In this document: in pieces, positions 11,129-23,944 of the stretch | Numbering within the stretch: position 1 is the first letter of the stretch | How the letters are laid out: every line of letters begins with the position of its first letter | Assembly (NCBI GenBank): GCA_017499595.2 | Contig: CM038999.1 | Location: 2,170,001 to 2,234,000, forward strand | DNA: 64,000 nucleotides | DNA from: Psilocybe cubensis | Lineage: Eukaryota | Direction of reading: 5' to 3' | Notes under the pieces: model-generated | What the model was told of the DNA's origin: nothing | What the model saw: the letters and a program-made list of their open reading frames with translations, nothing else | The model's database searches: none | Translations under genes and position numbers: made by a program

Positions 11129-12449
11129 TACCACTTTTTATGATAAAATATAAGCAGATGCCAGCACCCTCATATCTTTTTAGCCAAGGGGTAATTAATA
11201 TAAAATCCCAATGACAAGTTATGATATGAATTAAATTTTTTTTTTCATTCTTGTCAGACAGATTTATCATTATTTGCCATAGATCTATTATTTTTTGCTA
11301 TAAAATATATCATTAGCAAATGATATAGCCAATATTAGCTAGATTATACTTATCTTATCTTAGATTATTTGTCAGATAATTATTATCTAACAGGCTATTT
11401 TATTAGATAGTACCTAGTTATTTTTATAAAGATCTAATAAATTCTGCAGAGGATGGGGATGGTATCTTTAAATCTTGGAATTTTATCAGGATTTTGAACT
11501 TTAAAATTTGGTATAATAGGCGCCTATTTAACCCTAGTTGGGCCTGAATTTATCTAATCAGAAAGGCATTCATACAAGGGGTAGGAGAAGGGGTTGGGTG
11601 CATATTCAAGTTCAATAGGTTTTACTGCTCCAATTAAGCTAAAACTTGGCATGTACTCTGTTTAACATAAATAAAAAATAATGATATAGTCAGAAAGGTG
11701 CATACTAGCCCCTGGAGGGTGCTATTTAAGGTGCACTTTTTGACCAAAACATTATATGCTTAATTGCACAATAATGAGTAAAGGTATTGCAATTTTGATT
11801 TTAGATTTGGATTAGAAAACCTTAAAACCATAGGACTACTAAAAAACACCAAGAGAAATAGTCCAGAAATGCACCCAAAAGTGCCCAATCTATTGTCAGC
11901 AATACACAAAAGTAGCATAGGATGAGCACTATTTATAGAGCCAGAAGCCGAGGCCAAGAGGAAGACTAATCAATAATGTCATTGATATAGATGCCTAGAT
12001 TAGATTTTTATAAAAATAACTAGATACTATCTAATAAGATAGCCTGTTAGATAATAATTATCTGACAAATAATCTAAGATACATAAGATAAGTATAATCT
12101 AGCTAATATTGGCTATATTATTTGCTAATGATATATTTTATGGCAAAAAATAATAGATCTATGGCAAATAATGATAAATCTGTCTAATAGACCCTATATC
12201 ATAATTTTTATATTATTCTATATTATAATGTTATTATATATTTAATGATATATATCATTAATTTCCATATCTGTTATCTATTTATATATGATAAATTTAT
12301 GGCAAAATATGATAAATCTGTCTGACAAGAATGAAAAAAAAAATTTAATTCATATCATAACTTGTCATTAGGATTTTATATTAATTACCTCTTGGCTAGA
12401 AAGATATAAGGGTGCTGGCATCTGCTTATATTTTATTATAAAAATGGTA
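11129..12449. mobile_element. AT-rich fold-back/non-autonomous TIR element with ~310-bp inverted arms
   Basis: 11129-~11437 is the reverse complement of ~12001-12186 plus ~12309-12449; the right arm carries ~120 bp extra. Ends TACCA...TGGTA. No coding capacity. Confidence 0.75.
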
Positions 12450-12613
12450 GGTACCCATCACTTGAAGTTTCTGGACATTGCGTCATTGGATGAGATGTAT
12501 GCCATTTTAATTGTTATTGCAATTGGGTAGTGGTTGATGTTGGCTGGTTTTTTGTTATACAGCACTTTGCTGTGAGATATCTGATACGCAAACGCATTGA
12601 GCACTCGGCGCGC

Positions 12614-14244
12614 TATCATACCCCAATCCTGATTGGAGATGAGATGTTCATTTTGGATCTACACACGACGCCCTCAACCCAAGCAGTCATTCTTTCCATA
12701 AGTCATCCATACATCTTATCTTATCAATACTCGTCACATGGGAGCCACATTATTCCGGATCATGTCACTTCGTCGGATCATCAAGGCTATGCAACGGATC
12801 AGTCAACCATCAAACTGCACAGCTTTCTACACTGCCTTGCACAGCCAGACTGTCAACTCTATTTTTATTAATTCAATAGTCTTACTCAGCGTCAGGCTGC
12901 GGATTACTCATTCCAACTTATTTTTGGTTTGTCTTACTCATCCTTTTATGTTTATTTATATCTTTTCTATTGTCTGTTGCGCTTTTATTGTCTTTGTCTT
13001 ACCAATCTTCTATGCTTTCTGACTCATCCTTGCTTCTTTTATCTAATCTGTATTATCATTCACCTTTGTCATACACTTCTTTCTTACTCATCCTATTCAT
13101 TTCTTATCTGTCGTCGTGTTGATATTGACATGTCTTATTGTTCTTGCTTATTGTTACACTTGCGTAGCCTCATTCTTGACACTTTGTACAGTATATGACT
13201 TAGTTTTTAGTAGCTCAGATTGGTATTTTGTTCACGTAGCTTTTAGTATAAAAGCTGTAGTAGAATTACACGAAATGACAGGAAAGTTACACCTAGTCTC
13301 CACTTTCTTTAAAGCAAGTCAATTTTCATCCAAGTCAAGTTAAATCCAAGTCAATCCACATTGATTCATTTCAATTCCAAGCTCAAGTTCAAGCCAAGCC
13401 CAAACCCAAGTCCAATTCAGTCATCAGTTCTACCCTCCGTCGAGACCAAGTTTACTTCCATTCATCCGAAGTCATTTCGCTTTCCATTAAGAGAGGATTT
13501 CATCCAAGACCAGTCCTCCTTTTCCTCCAACGCCTCTTCTTCTCAGCGTTGAATATCCAACTTCTATCCAGACATCCAGTACTCCCTACTTCCCCTCCTC
13601 CATTCAATCCGTCACCACTCCTACTCCTTCTACACCTTCCAACCATCGCCGTTAGGAGTGTAATCAAGACATTCTTTCCCTCCGTCAACTCATCTGGAGC
13701 GATTTCATTTGAGACAGACTTAGTCTTTCATCCTTGATTCAGTCGATACTCCTGCGATGTATAGCTTCATTCCAAGCATCAGAAAGATTGTCAATTTAAG
13801 GACACTTTCACCATCCCCAAGATTCAGTCCTTCAACAATGTTCCAATTCCCAGTCATCTCCTCATTTCCCCTCGAAACGTTCCCCACTCACTTCCGACCA
13901 CCCTCTAAGATTCACATTTATTGATTTCTCATACGCATTCTACGCATCTTCTTCACGCTTTTTATATACTGTACACCCGCCATCCAATTCCACGGTTTCA
14001 TCCCATTTTTGGAAGGCTTATTTACTATTGTACCCAGACGACCCGGTTATCCTCTTCTTACCATTTTGCTTTCATTACCCTTCACAATCCATACCATCCT
14101 AATCTATTTAAATCCTAGGCAGCATCCTCCCTTAAGAAACTTAGGAGAAGGTTTTGTCCTATCCAGTCTGGACCACTCTTTCCCTGGGGTTTGTGTTTGT
14201 TGGATTACATATAGTTTATAACCAATCACAAACTTCAATCTTCA
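12614..14244 (+). mobile_element. Ty3/Gypsy 5' LTR 'A' (1631 bp, TA...CA termini)
   Basis: TATCATACCCC...AATCTTCA, homologous to LTRs B, C and D. Followed by a putative PBS TGGAGCCCACCGC (14247) and gag. Left flank GCGC. Confidence 0.92.
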
Positions 14245-14439
14245 TCTGGAGCCCACCGCAAGGGAGGGTTAATTAGGATTTTGTATTAGGAACACAGGAA
14301 TCTACCACTTTATCACTTCCATTCCTTCCATTTCAACTCTTTTTCTTTACAGGATATTTTGCTTCTCTGGTTTATTCTCTAGGCAACTCTAGGCAACAAC
14401 TCTAGGCAACACTTTCTGACTCTGTAACTGGTTTACGCT

Positions 14440-17098
14440 ATGACTAATTCTGGCAATCCACTTCCATCCTCTACTCCCACTATGGCTACTACCATCATCC
14501 AACGTACTCCTGTTGATATGCCTGTTCCTAAATCTAGTGCTGCTCCGAAATTCACTGGATCCTATGTCAACGTCAAGAACTTCTTGGATCACTGCGACCG
14601 CATTTTTGATCAGTACAATGTCACTCTCAACAATGACAAAATATGATACATGGTTCAATGCTGCAACCAAGAGAGCAGAAAAATCATTGAAGGTTTACCC
14701 AGCCATCATGCCAAGCAATGGGAACAACTCAAGACCGATATGCTCAAGATCTTTGACCATGCTAGGACGACGCAGAAGTTCACGTTGAGTACTCTTTGTG
14801 CTTATGCTTTCCAACACTCCAATCTTTCTATATGCTCTCTTGACGACTTCCGCGAGTATCAGAAGCAATACATTTGCATTGCTGGTTGGCTTCTCAACAA
14901 CAACAAGATATCCAAGATGGAATACAATCAATACTTCTGGCTAGGAATCAATGAATCCCTCCGACCTGTGCTTGAAAGCAAGATCATGGTCTTTAATCCT
15001 TATATCGATCTCTCCTCACCTTTTTCCATTGAAGACGTCACCAAGGCAGTTGAAATCATCTTCAAATGAGACCGCTTTGATGTTGGAATCTTTGACAATC
15101 CTTCTGCACGCCCTTTCACATCTCTTATTCCCCCAAAGAATTCATATCCAGAGCGTTTATCAGTCTTCGACAAGATCAAGAAGTACTTACAGGAGATGTT
15201 TCCTAACATCAAGACGTGCAATGCCCGTGAACGTCCATACAATCCCCTGGAAGAGACCAAGCGCATCTTACAGGATTTAGACAAGGAAGAAAAGCAAGCG
15301 CACAAGGACAACGAAGTGGAGAACTTGATCAAGCAGATGTCAAAGCTCACCATCCATGATTCTTTGTACGCCATTTACTATCTTTGCGCCATCAAGTTGG
15401 AACCCGCTCTTGCTAACATGCTCATTGCTCCGGCCATTATGAATCCAAGTGCACAGCCAGCTCAGCCAGTCCCAAGCGCAAGTCAGTCAGCACCTCCAGC
15501 ACCACAAGCACCACGTCAGTCCGCATCCGAGATCATCTGCTATGGTTGCCACCAACAAGGCCATGGAATCAACAACTGCCCAACACTTATTGATCTTACG
15601 AACTGCAAGCTCATCTCCAGAGACAGTAGCAATTGAGTTATCTTCCCTGATGAATCCCGCATTATTTGCCAGAATGGAGAGTCAATCGCACAAGCAGTCC
15701 TTCGTCAACAACAGCCTCCTCCTCCTCCTCCTTAAGTTGCTACCACAAGCATAGCCGTATCCGAAGCATAGTATGGTCAGATGTTCAAGAACTACAGAGC
15801 CATGATTGCAGAAGAAGAAGAGGACGACATTGGAACCTGGGATGGAGAAGACAAGTTTGAGTTTATGCTGGCAGGTCCTGGTAATCAAATCCCAACTGAA
15901 AAGCAAACACGTGCTGCATGCAAACAGGTCATGGATGCTGTGGTACCTCCGGAACCCGCGTATCCCAAAGGGAAGCAAGCAGAAATGAGTAAAGCTAAGG
16001 ATTTTTCTCAGATCCCATCTATTCTTAAACGTCCGGCTAACTCTGGATTGCCAAACAACGTGCCTAGCTCTACTTCCATTCAACCTGTCCCAATCCCGTC
16101 AATTAATCAACCTTCTGCCGAAATGAATCCATCAATTTCTGTCAAACAAGCTCAACCCAATGTCCCAATTAGGGCAAATCCAACGGAAAATCCCGAGACT
16201 GTGCAACGACATGAGGTTTTTAATCCGACCAATGATGATCAAATCATGGAAGATGTCACTCCTAGTCCAGAACGTGGCAAATCAGTTACCAAGCCACGTG
16301 CAGCGCCTCAGAAACGTGTCTCTGACATTTCCCAAACTGTTGACACTATGGCCATTCTCAGACGATGCCTTAATCAACCCGTTAATGCTATATTTGGTGA
16401 GTTACTTGGAGTTTCAAAGGACCTTAGGACCCTTCTTATCAATAGCATCAAAGGCAAAACCCTTACTGTTGACGAATTCAAAGCTTCATTGGCAAACGGC
16501 AACTTAAAGCTTTCCGATAAGGAAGTTCTAGACATCATTCGCAGTGCCGAAAAGGATGTATCTGTTCAATACATGCACAAGACCAATTCAGTCGAATCCC
16601 TTCACGCTCACAAGCCCCTTCTTCAAATCACATTAATGTGTAATGGTCACAAACTCAATGTCTTGATTGACAGTGGATCTACGCAGAACATTCTAAGTGA
16701 ACAGGCTTGGAAGAAGATTGTCAGGTTGCCAATGGACAGCTGGAATACTATTGTTATGGTCGATATTCATGGCGGCAAATCCCACATGCTTGGATTCATT
16801 GGAAATGTTCAACTTGATATTGGTACAGTCAGGACGTGTGCTCATTGCTATGTATCCAACAAAGTCCAGTTTGATATACTCTTGGGACGTCCATGGACCC
16901 GTGACAACTATGTGGACATTCTAGAACAACCCGAAGGGACCTTCATTGCCTTCTATGACATCAAAGATCCTATACGTGAGCAGAAATTTCTTGTGACACC
17001 TGATACTCAGCACGACCGGCGTTACTTCACGGATACCATTTACAACAAGACCCCCCACACAATGTTAGCACACAACAACCTCTCCTTAGCTAATCCGG
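14440..17098 (+). pseudogene. Ty3/Gypsy gag-protease, with stop codons, interrupted by LTR B
   Basis: APKFTG gag start, zinc knuckle CYGCHQQGHGINNC, aspartic protease LIDSGSTQNIL...DILLGRPW. In-frame stops. The frame resumes at 29277 on the minus strand (N-P|D-A-K). Confidence 0.9.
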
Positions 17099-18728
17099 TG
17101 AAGATCAAAGTTTGTGATTGGTTATAAACTATATGTAATCCAACAAACACAAACCCCAGGGAAAGAGTGGTCCAGACTGGATAGGACGAAACCTTCTCCT
17201 AAGTTTCTTAAGGGAGGACGCTGCCTAGGATTTAAGTAGATTAGGATGGTGTGGATTGTGAAGGGTAACAAAAGCGAAATAGTAAGAAGAGGATAACCGG
17301 GTCGTCTGGGTACAATAGTAAATAAGCCTTCCGAAAATGGGATGGAACCGTGGAATTGAATGGCGGGTGTATATGGAAAGCGTGAAGAAGATGCGTAGAA
17401 TGCGTATGAGAAATCAATAAATGTGAATCTTAGAGGGGTTGTCTGAAGTGAGTGGGGAACGTTCCGAGGGGAGATGAGAAGATGACTAGGAGTCGGAATG
17501 TCGTTAACGGGCTGAATCTTGAAGAATGGTGAAAGTGTCTTTAAATTGACAATCTTTCTGAAGCTTGGAATGAAGCTATACGTCGCAGGAGTATTGACTG
17601 AATTGAGGATGAAAGACTAAGTCTGTCTCGAATGAAATCGCTCCAGATGAGTTGACAGAGGGAAAGGATGTCTTGAATACACTCCTAACGGCGATGGTTG
17701 GAAGGTGTAGAAAGAGTAGGAGCGGTGACGGATTGAATGGAGGAGAGGAAGTAGGGAAGTACTGGAGGTCTGGATAGAAGTTGGATATTCAACGCTGCGA
17801 AGAAGAGGCATTGGATGAGGAGGATGACTGGTCTCGGATGAAATCCTCTCTTAATGGAAAGCGAGATGACTTTGGATGAATGGAAGTAAACTTGGTCTCG
17901 ACGGAGGGTAGAACTGAGGACTGAATTGGACTTGGGTTTGGGCTTGGCTTGAACTTGAGCTTGGAATTGAAATGAATCGATGTGGATTGACTTGAAATTG
18001 ACTTGACTTGGATGAAAATTGACTTGCTTTGAAGAAAGTGGGGACTGGGTGTAACTTTCCTGTCATTTCGTGTAATTCTACTACAGCTTTTATACTAAAA
18101 GCTACGTGAACGAAATACCAATCTGAGCTACTGAAAACCGAGTCATATACTGTACAAAGTGTCAAGAATGAGGCTACGCAAGTGTAACAATAAGCAAGAA
18201 CAATAAGGCATGTCAATATCAACACGACGACAGATAAGAAATGAATAGGATGAGTAAGAAAGAAGTGTATGACGAAGGTGAATGGTAATACAGATTAGAT
18301 AAAAGAAGCAAGGATGAGTCAGAAAGCATAGAAGATTGGTAAGACAAAGACAATAAAAGCGCAACAGACAATAGAAAAGATATAAATAAACACAAAAGGA
18401 TGAGTAAGACAAACCAAAAATAAGTTGGAATGAGTAATCCGCAGCCTGAGGCTGAGTAAGACCATTGAATTGATAAAAATAGAGTTGACAGTCCGGCTGT
18501 GCAAGGCAGTGTAGAAAGCTGTGCAGTTTTGATGGTTGACTGATCCGTCGCATAGCCTTGATGATCCGACAAAGTGACATGATCCGGAATAATGTGGCTC
18601 CCATGTGACGAGTGTTGATAAGATAAGATGTGTGGATGACTTATGAAAAGAATGACTGCTTGGGTTGAGGGCGTCGTGTGTAGATCCAAAATGAACATCT
18701 CATCTCCAATCAGGATTGGGGTATGATA
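17099..18728 (-). mobile_element. Ty3/Gypsy solo LTR 'B' (1630 bp); left inversion breakpoint
   Basis: Reverse complement of LTR D, with about a dozen mostly CpG-transition differences by eye. Flanks CCGG (17095-17098) and GCGC (18729-18732). Confidence 0.93.
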
Positions 18729-21417
18729 GCGCATCAGGCGCTTTCATTGCCTGTTTAAATGTGTGCGGATCTGCGCTTGAAACAAGCCTAGCAAACTCCA
18801 CCTCTTCAAATCTAGGATCATTGGCTTCAGATGGTTCAGGATCATGTGAGACCTTCTACCATTCACCAGGCTGCTTAGGAACGCGAGTAGTGCGTCTCAA
18901 TGTTGAAGAATCAACTAGAGCATGCTGGCATGGCGGCATGCAGGCTTAGGAGGAGGTGCAGGAATGGTCTCAGGCTGTGGCGGTTCAGCTGGCTGTTCAG
19001 GAGGCGCAATAGGCACCTCTGGCTCAATGACAGGACTTGGAGTAGAGTCATCCTCATCATCATCAAAGTTGAAGCCATTAGAGTCCCCCCCTGAATTGGG
19101 AGGTGGTGCACTTGCAGAAGAAGTGGGAAGAAGGTCAAACTTTGGCATAGGGCCAGTGGACACCCCTAAGAAGCACCTTTTATCGAAATCAGCTCTCTCA
19201 GAGATAATGAACCTTTTGGTAACTGGGTTGTAAAACTCCCAGCCCTTGTACCCAGTAGGATACCCAACAAAGATACACTTTTCCATATGAGGCTGCAACG
19301 ATTTGCGCTTATCTCCCTGAACATAAACATATGCAAGGCAACCCCAAACCCTCAAATGACTAACATCAGGTTTGCGCTTGTTCTAGCTTTCATACGGAGT
19401 CTTGTCCGGTAGAGGAGCTGTAGGAACACAATTCCATACATGCATGTATGCTGCAACACAGCAACCCCAAAACGAAGGTGGAACACGAGCCTCATTGAGC
19501 ATGGAAGTAACATGTTCTGCCATGGTGCGATTTGCACGCTCTGCAACTCCGTTTTGTTGTGGGCGATTTCGCGTTGTATGACGACGCTCAATGCCACACT
19601 GGTCAGTGAATTTGATGAAAGCATTTGACATGTATTCACCAGCTTTGTCATCCTGCAGCGCTTTGATCTTAAAGCCTAATTTGTTCTCAGCCCATGCTTT
19701 GTACGTTTGAAACGCACTGAATGCATTGCTTTTGCGCTTAAGAAGCACAGCAGCTCTACTCTTTGTATGGTCATCAATAAAGGTTATCCAGTAGCGATAG
19801 CCTTCAGGAGTAGGGGGCGAGATAGGACCAGATTAGCATCAATGGTGATTTTGAAGCCTTTGTGCTTTGTGAGGTATAGAACAGACAGTAGATTGTTTCG
19901 GAGATCTGGTACATGTAAAACTCTAGTTAACTCGACGCCTCTTGACTTTATTCCATTTACAACTGGTTCAAAGAACACAGTGCCCACCCCTGCAGAATAA
20001 ATAACTCGTTCATCTGCTAATCGGATTGGAATGCGAAGGGGGGTGTAATTTCTAACCCAATTGCGATGGGGCGTCATATGAGAAGTCGCCCCTGTGTCTG
20101 CAATCCAATCGTCATTAGTTTGGGGTGAAATGGAAGAGGGAACATTGGTATTAAGAGCACTTGCATTTCCAGCAAATTCCATGTCCTTGGACTCTTTTTC
20201 CTCACTGGATGCCTCTGAGGCCTTGTGCGCTCTGTTGCCTTTGCGAGCCGCTTTGACACGCTCCTTCGCATCCTTTTGCGCAGCAATGAACTTGTGACAC
20301 TTGTCCATTGTATGGTTGGTCATATCACAAAATGCGCACTTGGGCTTGGATGCAGAAGGGGCTGGAGCGGTCTGGAATGCGGTGGCGAGTGCAGGCAACT
20401 CCAAAGCGCGACGACGTCATTGTATATCCTCTGTGACAAAGGCTTGATGAATTGTAGCCTTGTCCAACTTGTACAAAAGGCAAAGTGAGGATGCAAATGA
20501 ACTGTACTCTTCTGGGAGTGCCCTGACCAGAGCAAGCGAAGCAAGCTCTTCATCAAGCTTAGCCAGATCAAACTCCTTAGGGCAAAGCTGCTGAATTAGC
20601 AACATGGCTTGCTCAACTCTATTGATTAGGGTTTGAAGGTTTTCACCTTCCTCCTTTTGGATTGAGAACAGATCATCATATGCATTAAAGCGGTTGCCAG
20701 GGCGCTTTTGCTGATGTACAGCAGCGAGGGCATCCCACATCTTGATAGGATCATCCTTGATGGCTTCCACATGAACCCTTTGATCATTCTCCAAACTGAG
20801 ATAGATCAAACCACATGCTTTGTCTTTCTGCTCAAAGTAGGTTTCAAGCAAAGCTTCCTCCTGAGCAGTAGGCTTGTCTGAGAGCGTTGGCTGTGCTCTA
20901 GCACCGCTGACAATGCGCCATATCCCTTTAGACTGGAGGTAGGCGGTCATCTGGCCCGCCCAGGTATTGTAGTTGGTTGAGTTCAATGGAGTGATTTGGG
21001 GATCAGAAGTCATTATTGCGAATTGCGAAGGAACACGTAAGCGGATGGATACGAGTGTTGGTAGCAATGTGTGGGAATGTGTAATGATGTGTGGAAACGA
21101 ACTATGCGTTTCCCGGAGCTCGGGTGCAATGCAAATGCAAGTTGAAAAGACAAAGTTAAACTAGCCTAATTTAAAAGGGTTACTTTTAACTAGAAATAAC
21201 TCGGGGATTAGGCGACGGGGGCCCGCTCAACCGAGGTTAACAAGTCGCGTAAGGTGTGCTCGTTCAACCCTGCTAGCAGCGGCAATGTATGGCCGGGCCT
21301 GGTAGAGGATAAAAGCAAAAAAGACTAAAATGACTGTTTTGTGAAAACTATGCAAAAAGCAACTTGGTTCGCAAAACACGGAATTAGAGCGCTTAGAGCG
21401 CGGGGCCCATAACCTGT
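18729..21417 (-). mobile_element. Ty1/Copia 5' half (PBS, gag, PR, deleted INT); decayed relative of the array unit
   Basis: PBS GGTTATGGGCCCC (21414-21402), with only ACA of the LTR left. Same gag/PR/INT sequence as the array but with stops and frameshifts. Continues at 30908 via the GCGC TSD. Confidence 0.92.
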
Positions 21418-22644
21418 AGTCACCAAAAGGTTCATTATCTCTGAGAGAGCTGATTTTGACAAAAGGTGCTTCTTAGGGGTGTCCACTGGCCCTATGCCAA
21501 AGTTTGACCTTCTTCCCACTTCTTCTGCAAGTGCACCACCTCCCAATTCAGGGGGGGACTCTAATGGCTTCAATTTTGATGATGATGAGGATGTCTCTAC
21601 TCCAAGTCCTGTCATTGAGCCAGAAGTGCCTATTGCGCCTCCTGAACAGCCAGCTAAACCGCCACAGCCTGAGACCATTCCTGCACCTCCTCCTAAGCCT
21701 GCACGCCGCCATGCCAGCATGCTCTAGTTGATTCTTCAATATTGAGACGCACTACTCGCGTTCCTAAGCAGCCTGGTGAATGGTAGAAGGTCTCACATGA
21801 TCCTGAACCACCTGAAGCCAATGATCCTAGATTTGAAGAGGTGGAGTTTGCTGGGCTTGTTTCAAGCGCAGATCCGCGCACATTCAAACAAGCAATGAAA
21901 GCACCTGATGCGCACATGTGGGAAGAGGCTGCTAACACAGAATTCAATTTCTTGCAGCACAATCAAACTTGGGAGCAAGTTTGAGCTCCCTCCGGGTCAA
22001 AAGGCAATTGGCTGTGGTTGGGTCTTTAAAATCAAGCGAAATGCAGATGGCAGTATAGAGCGCTACAAGGCTTGTATTGTTGCCAAGGGCTATAGTCAGC
22101 GCCCTGGCATTGATTACCATGAGGTCTTTGCTCCTACTTTCCGCCCTGCTACTTTCTGCTTGATTGTGGCTCTGGCCGCCATTGGAGACTTGAAGTTGCA
22201 CTCTGTTGATATTACAGCTGCTTTCACTAAAGGTGACCTAGACGAGGAGATTTACATGTTACAACCTGATGGATTTCACCAAGGTGGTCCTAACATGGTT
22301 TTGAAGCTCAAAAAGTTGCTTTATAGTCTTAAGCAGTCTGCACGTCAATGGAACCTCAAGTTGCATGAGGCATTGTCAGATATAGGGTTCAAGCGTATAG
22401 AATCAGATTGCTTTGTCTACATCTATTCAGATGGAGATGTGAAGATTATTGTTCCCATTTACATTGATGACATCACCTTTGCCTCCAAATTAGATGCCGC
22501 CATAGATAGAGCTGTTAAGCAGCTAGCTGCGCGTTTTGAACTCCGTAATCTGGGTCCTACACAGTATTTACTTGGTGTTGCCATTGAGCAAGATATGGCT
22601 GCTAAAACCATTTCCTTGCATCAGCGTCAGTATATCCTTGATAT
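21418..22644 (+). mobile_element. Ty1/Copia INT-tail/RT fragment (inverted duplicate of the adjacent decayed copy)
   Basis: 21418-21913 is the reverse complement of 18729-19224, including shared private lesions. RT motifs YIDD and KGYSQRPGIDY. Truncated at ...CCTTGATAT. Confidence 0.88.
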
Positions 22645-23017
22645 TGTTAAAACTGCTCTCTATGTCTCCCTCACTTTGCTATCTTATCAGATTAGATTAC
22701 TTTCTTCTTATCTTCATTTGTTCTTCAGACCATTCTAGACACATGATATTTATCAGTCCATAGACTGGTCTGGACCGGACCAGAGTAGACCTAGGTAGAC
22801 CAGAGTATTTGAGTCTACACAGTATATAGTCACTCTAGTTTACATCCTGAAGTCCCCAGTTACTCACTTCGGACTTCAGGTTAGTTTGTTAGCACTTTGC
22901 TCAATTCACTCAGTTACTCACTTTGGACTTCAGATGCTTCCTGGTCGCTTATTTCTGCGCCTTACATTGTATAACTAGGTCGCCAAGTAGCCTGCTTCAA
23001 CAGGTTATGGGCCCCGC
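22645..23017 (+). mobile_element. Ty1/Copia LTR (22645-23002, 358 bp) plus PBS, probably inserted into the RT of another copy
   Basis: TGTTAAAAC...CTTCAACA|GGTTATGGGCCCCGC. No PPT in front. Lacks the 61-bp duplication found in array LTRs and has a 20-bp U5 deletion. Confidence 0.88.
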
Positions 23018-23886
23018 TGAAGATCAAAGTTTGTGATTGGTTATAAACTATATGTAATCCAACAAACACAAACCCCAGGGAAAGAGTAGTCCAGACTGGA
23101 TAGGATGAAATCTTCTCCTAAGTTTCTTAAGGGAGGACGCTGCCTAGGATTTAAGGATGGTATGGATTGTGAAGGGTAATGAAAGCAAAATGGTAAGAAG
23201 AGGATAACAGGGTCGTCTAGGTACGATAGTAAATAAGCCTTCCGAAAATGGGATGGAACCGTGGAATTGAATGGCGGGTGTACAGTATATAAAAAGCGTG
23301 AAGAAGATGCGTAGAATGTGTATGAGAAATCAATAAATGTGAATCTTAGAGGGGTGGTCGGAAGTGAATGGGGAACGTTTTGAGGGGAAATGGGGAGATG
23401 ACTGGGAGTTGGAACATTGTTGAAGGGCTGAATCTTGGGGATGGTGAAAGTGTTCTTAAATTGACAATCTTTCTGATGCTTGGAATGAAGCTATACATCG
23501 CAGGAGTATCGACTGAATCGAGGATGAAAGACTAAGTCTGTCTCGAATGAAATCGCTCCAGATGAGTTGACGGAGGGAAAGGATGTCTTGATTACACTCC
23601 TAACGGCAATGTTTGGAAGGTGTAGAAGAAGTAGGAGTGGTGACGGATTGAATGGAGGAGGAGAAGTAGGGAGTACTGGATGTCTGGATAGAAGTTGGAT
23701 ATTCAACGCTGAGAAGAAGAGGCGTTGGAGGAAAAGGAGGACTGGTCTTGGATGAAATCCATGTGACGAGTGTTGATAAGATAAGATGTGTGGATGACTT
23801 ATGGAAAGAATGATTGCTTGGGTTGAGGGCGTCATGTATAGATCCAAAATGAACATCTCATCTTCAATCAGGATTGGGGTATGATA
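23018..23886 (-). mobile_element. Ty3/Gypsy 3' LTR 'C' (869 bp, ~760-bp internal deletion)
   Basis: Same TA...CA termini; shares A-type variants such as TTTATATACTGTACACC. Deletion junction near 23760. Follows the pol stop and a weak PPT (GGGACGGA). Confidence 0.9.
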
Positions 23887-23944
23887 TCCGTCCCAAACTT
23901 GAGAAATCAACCATCCCCGGTTGCGGAAGAAAGGGGGGGATAGA

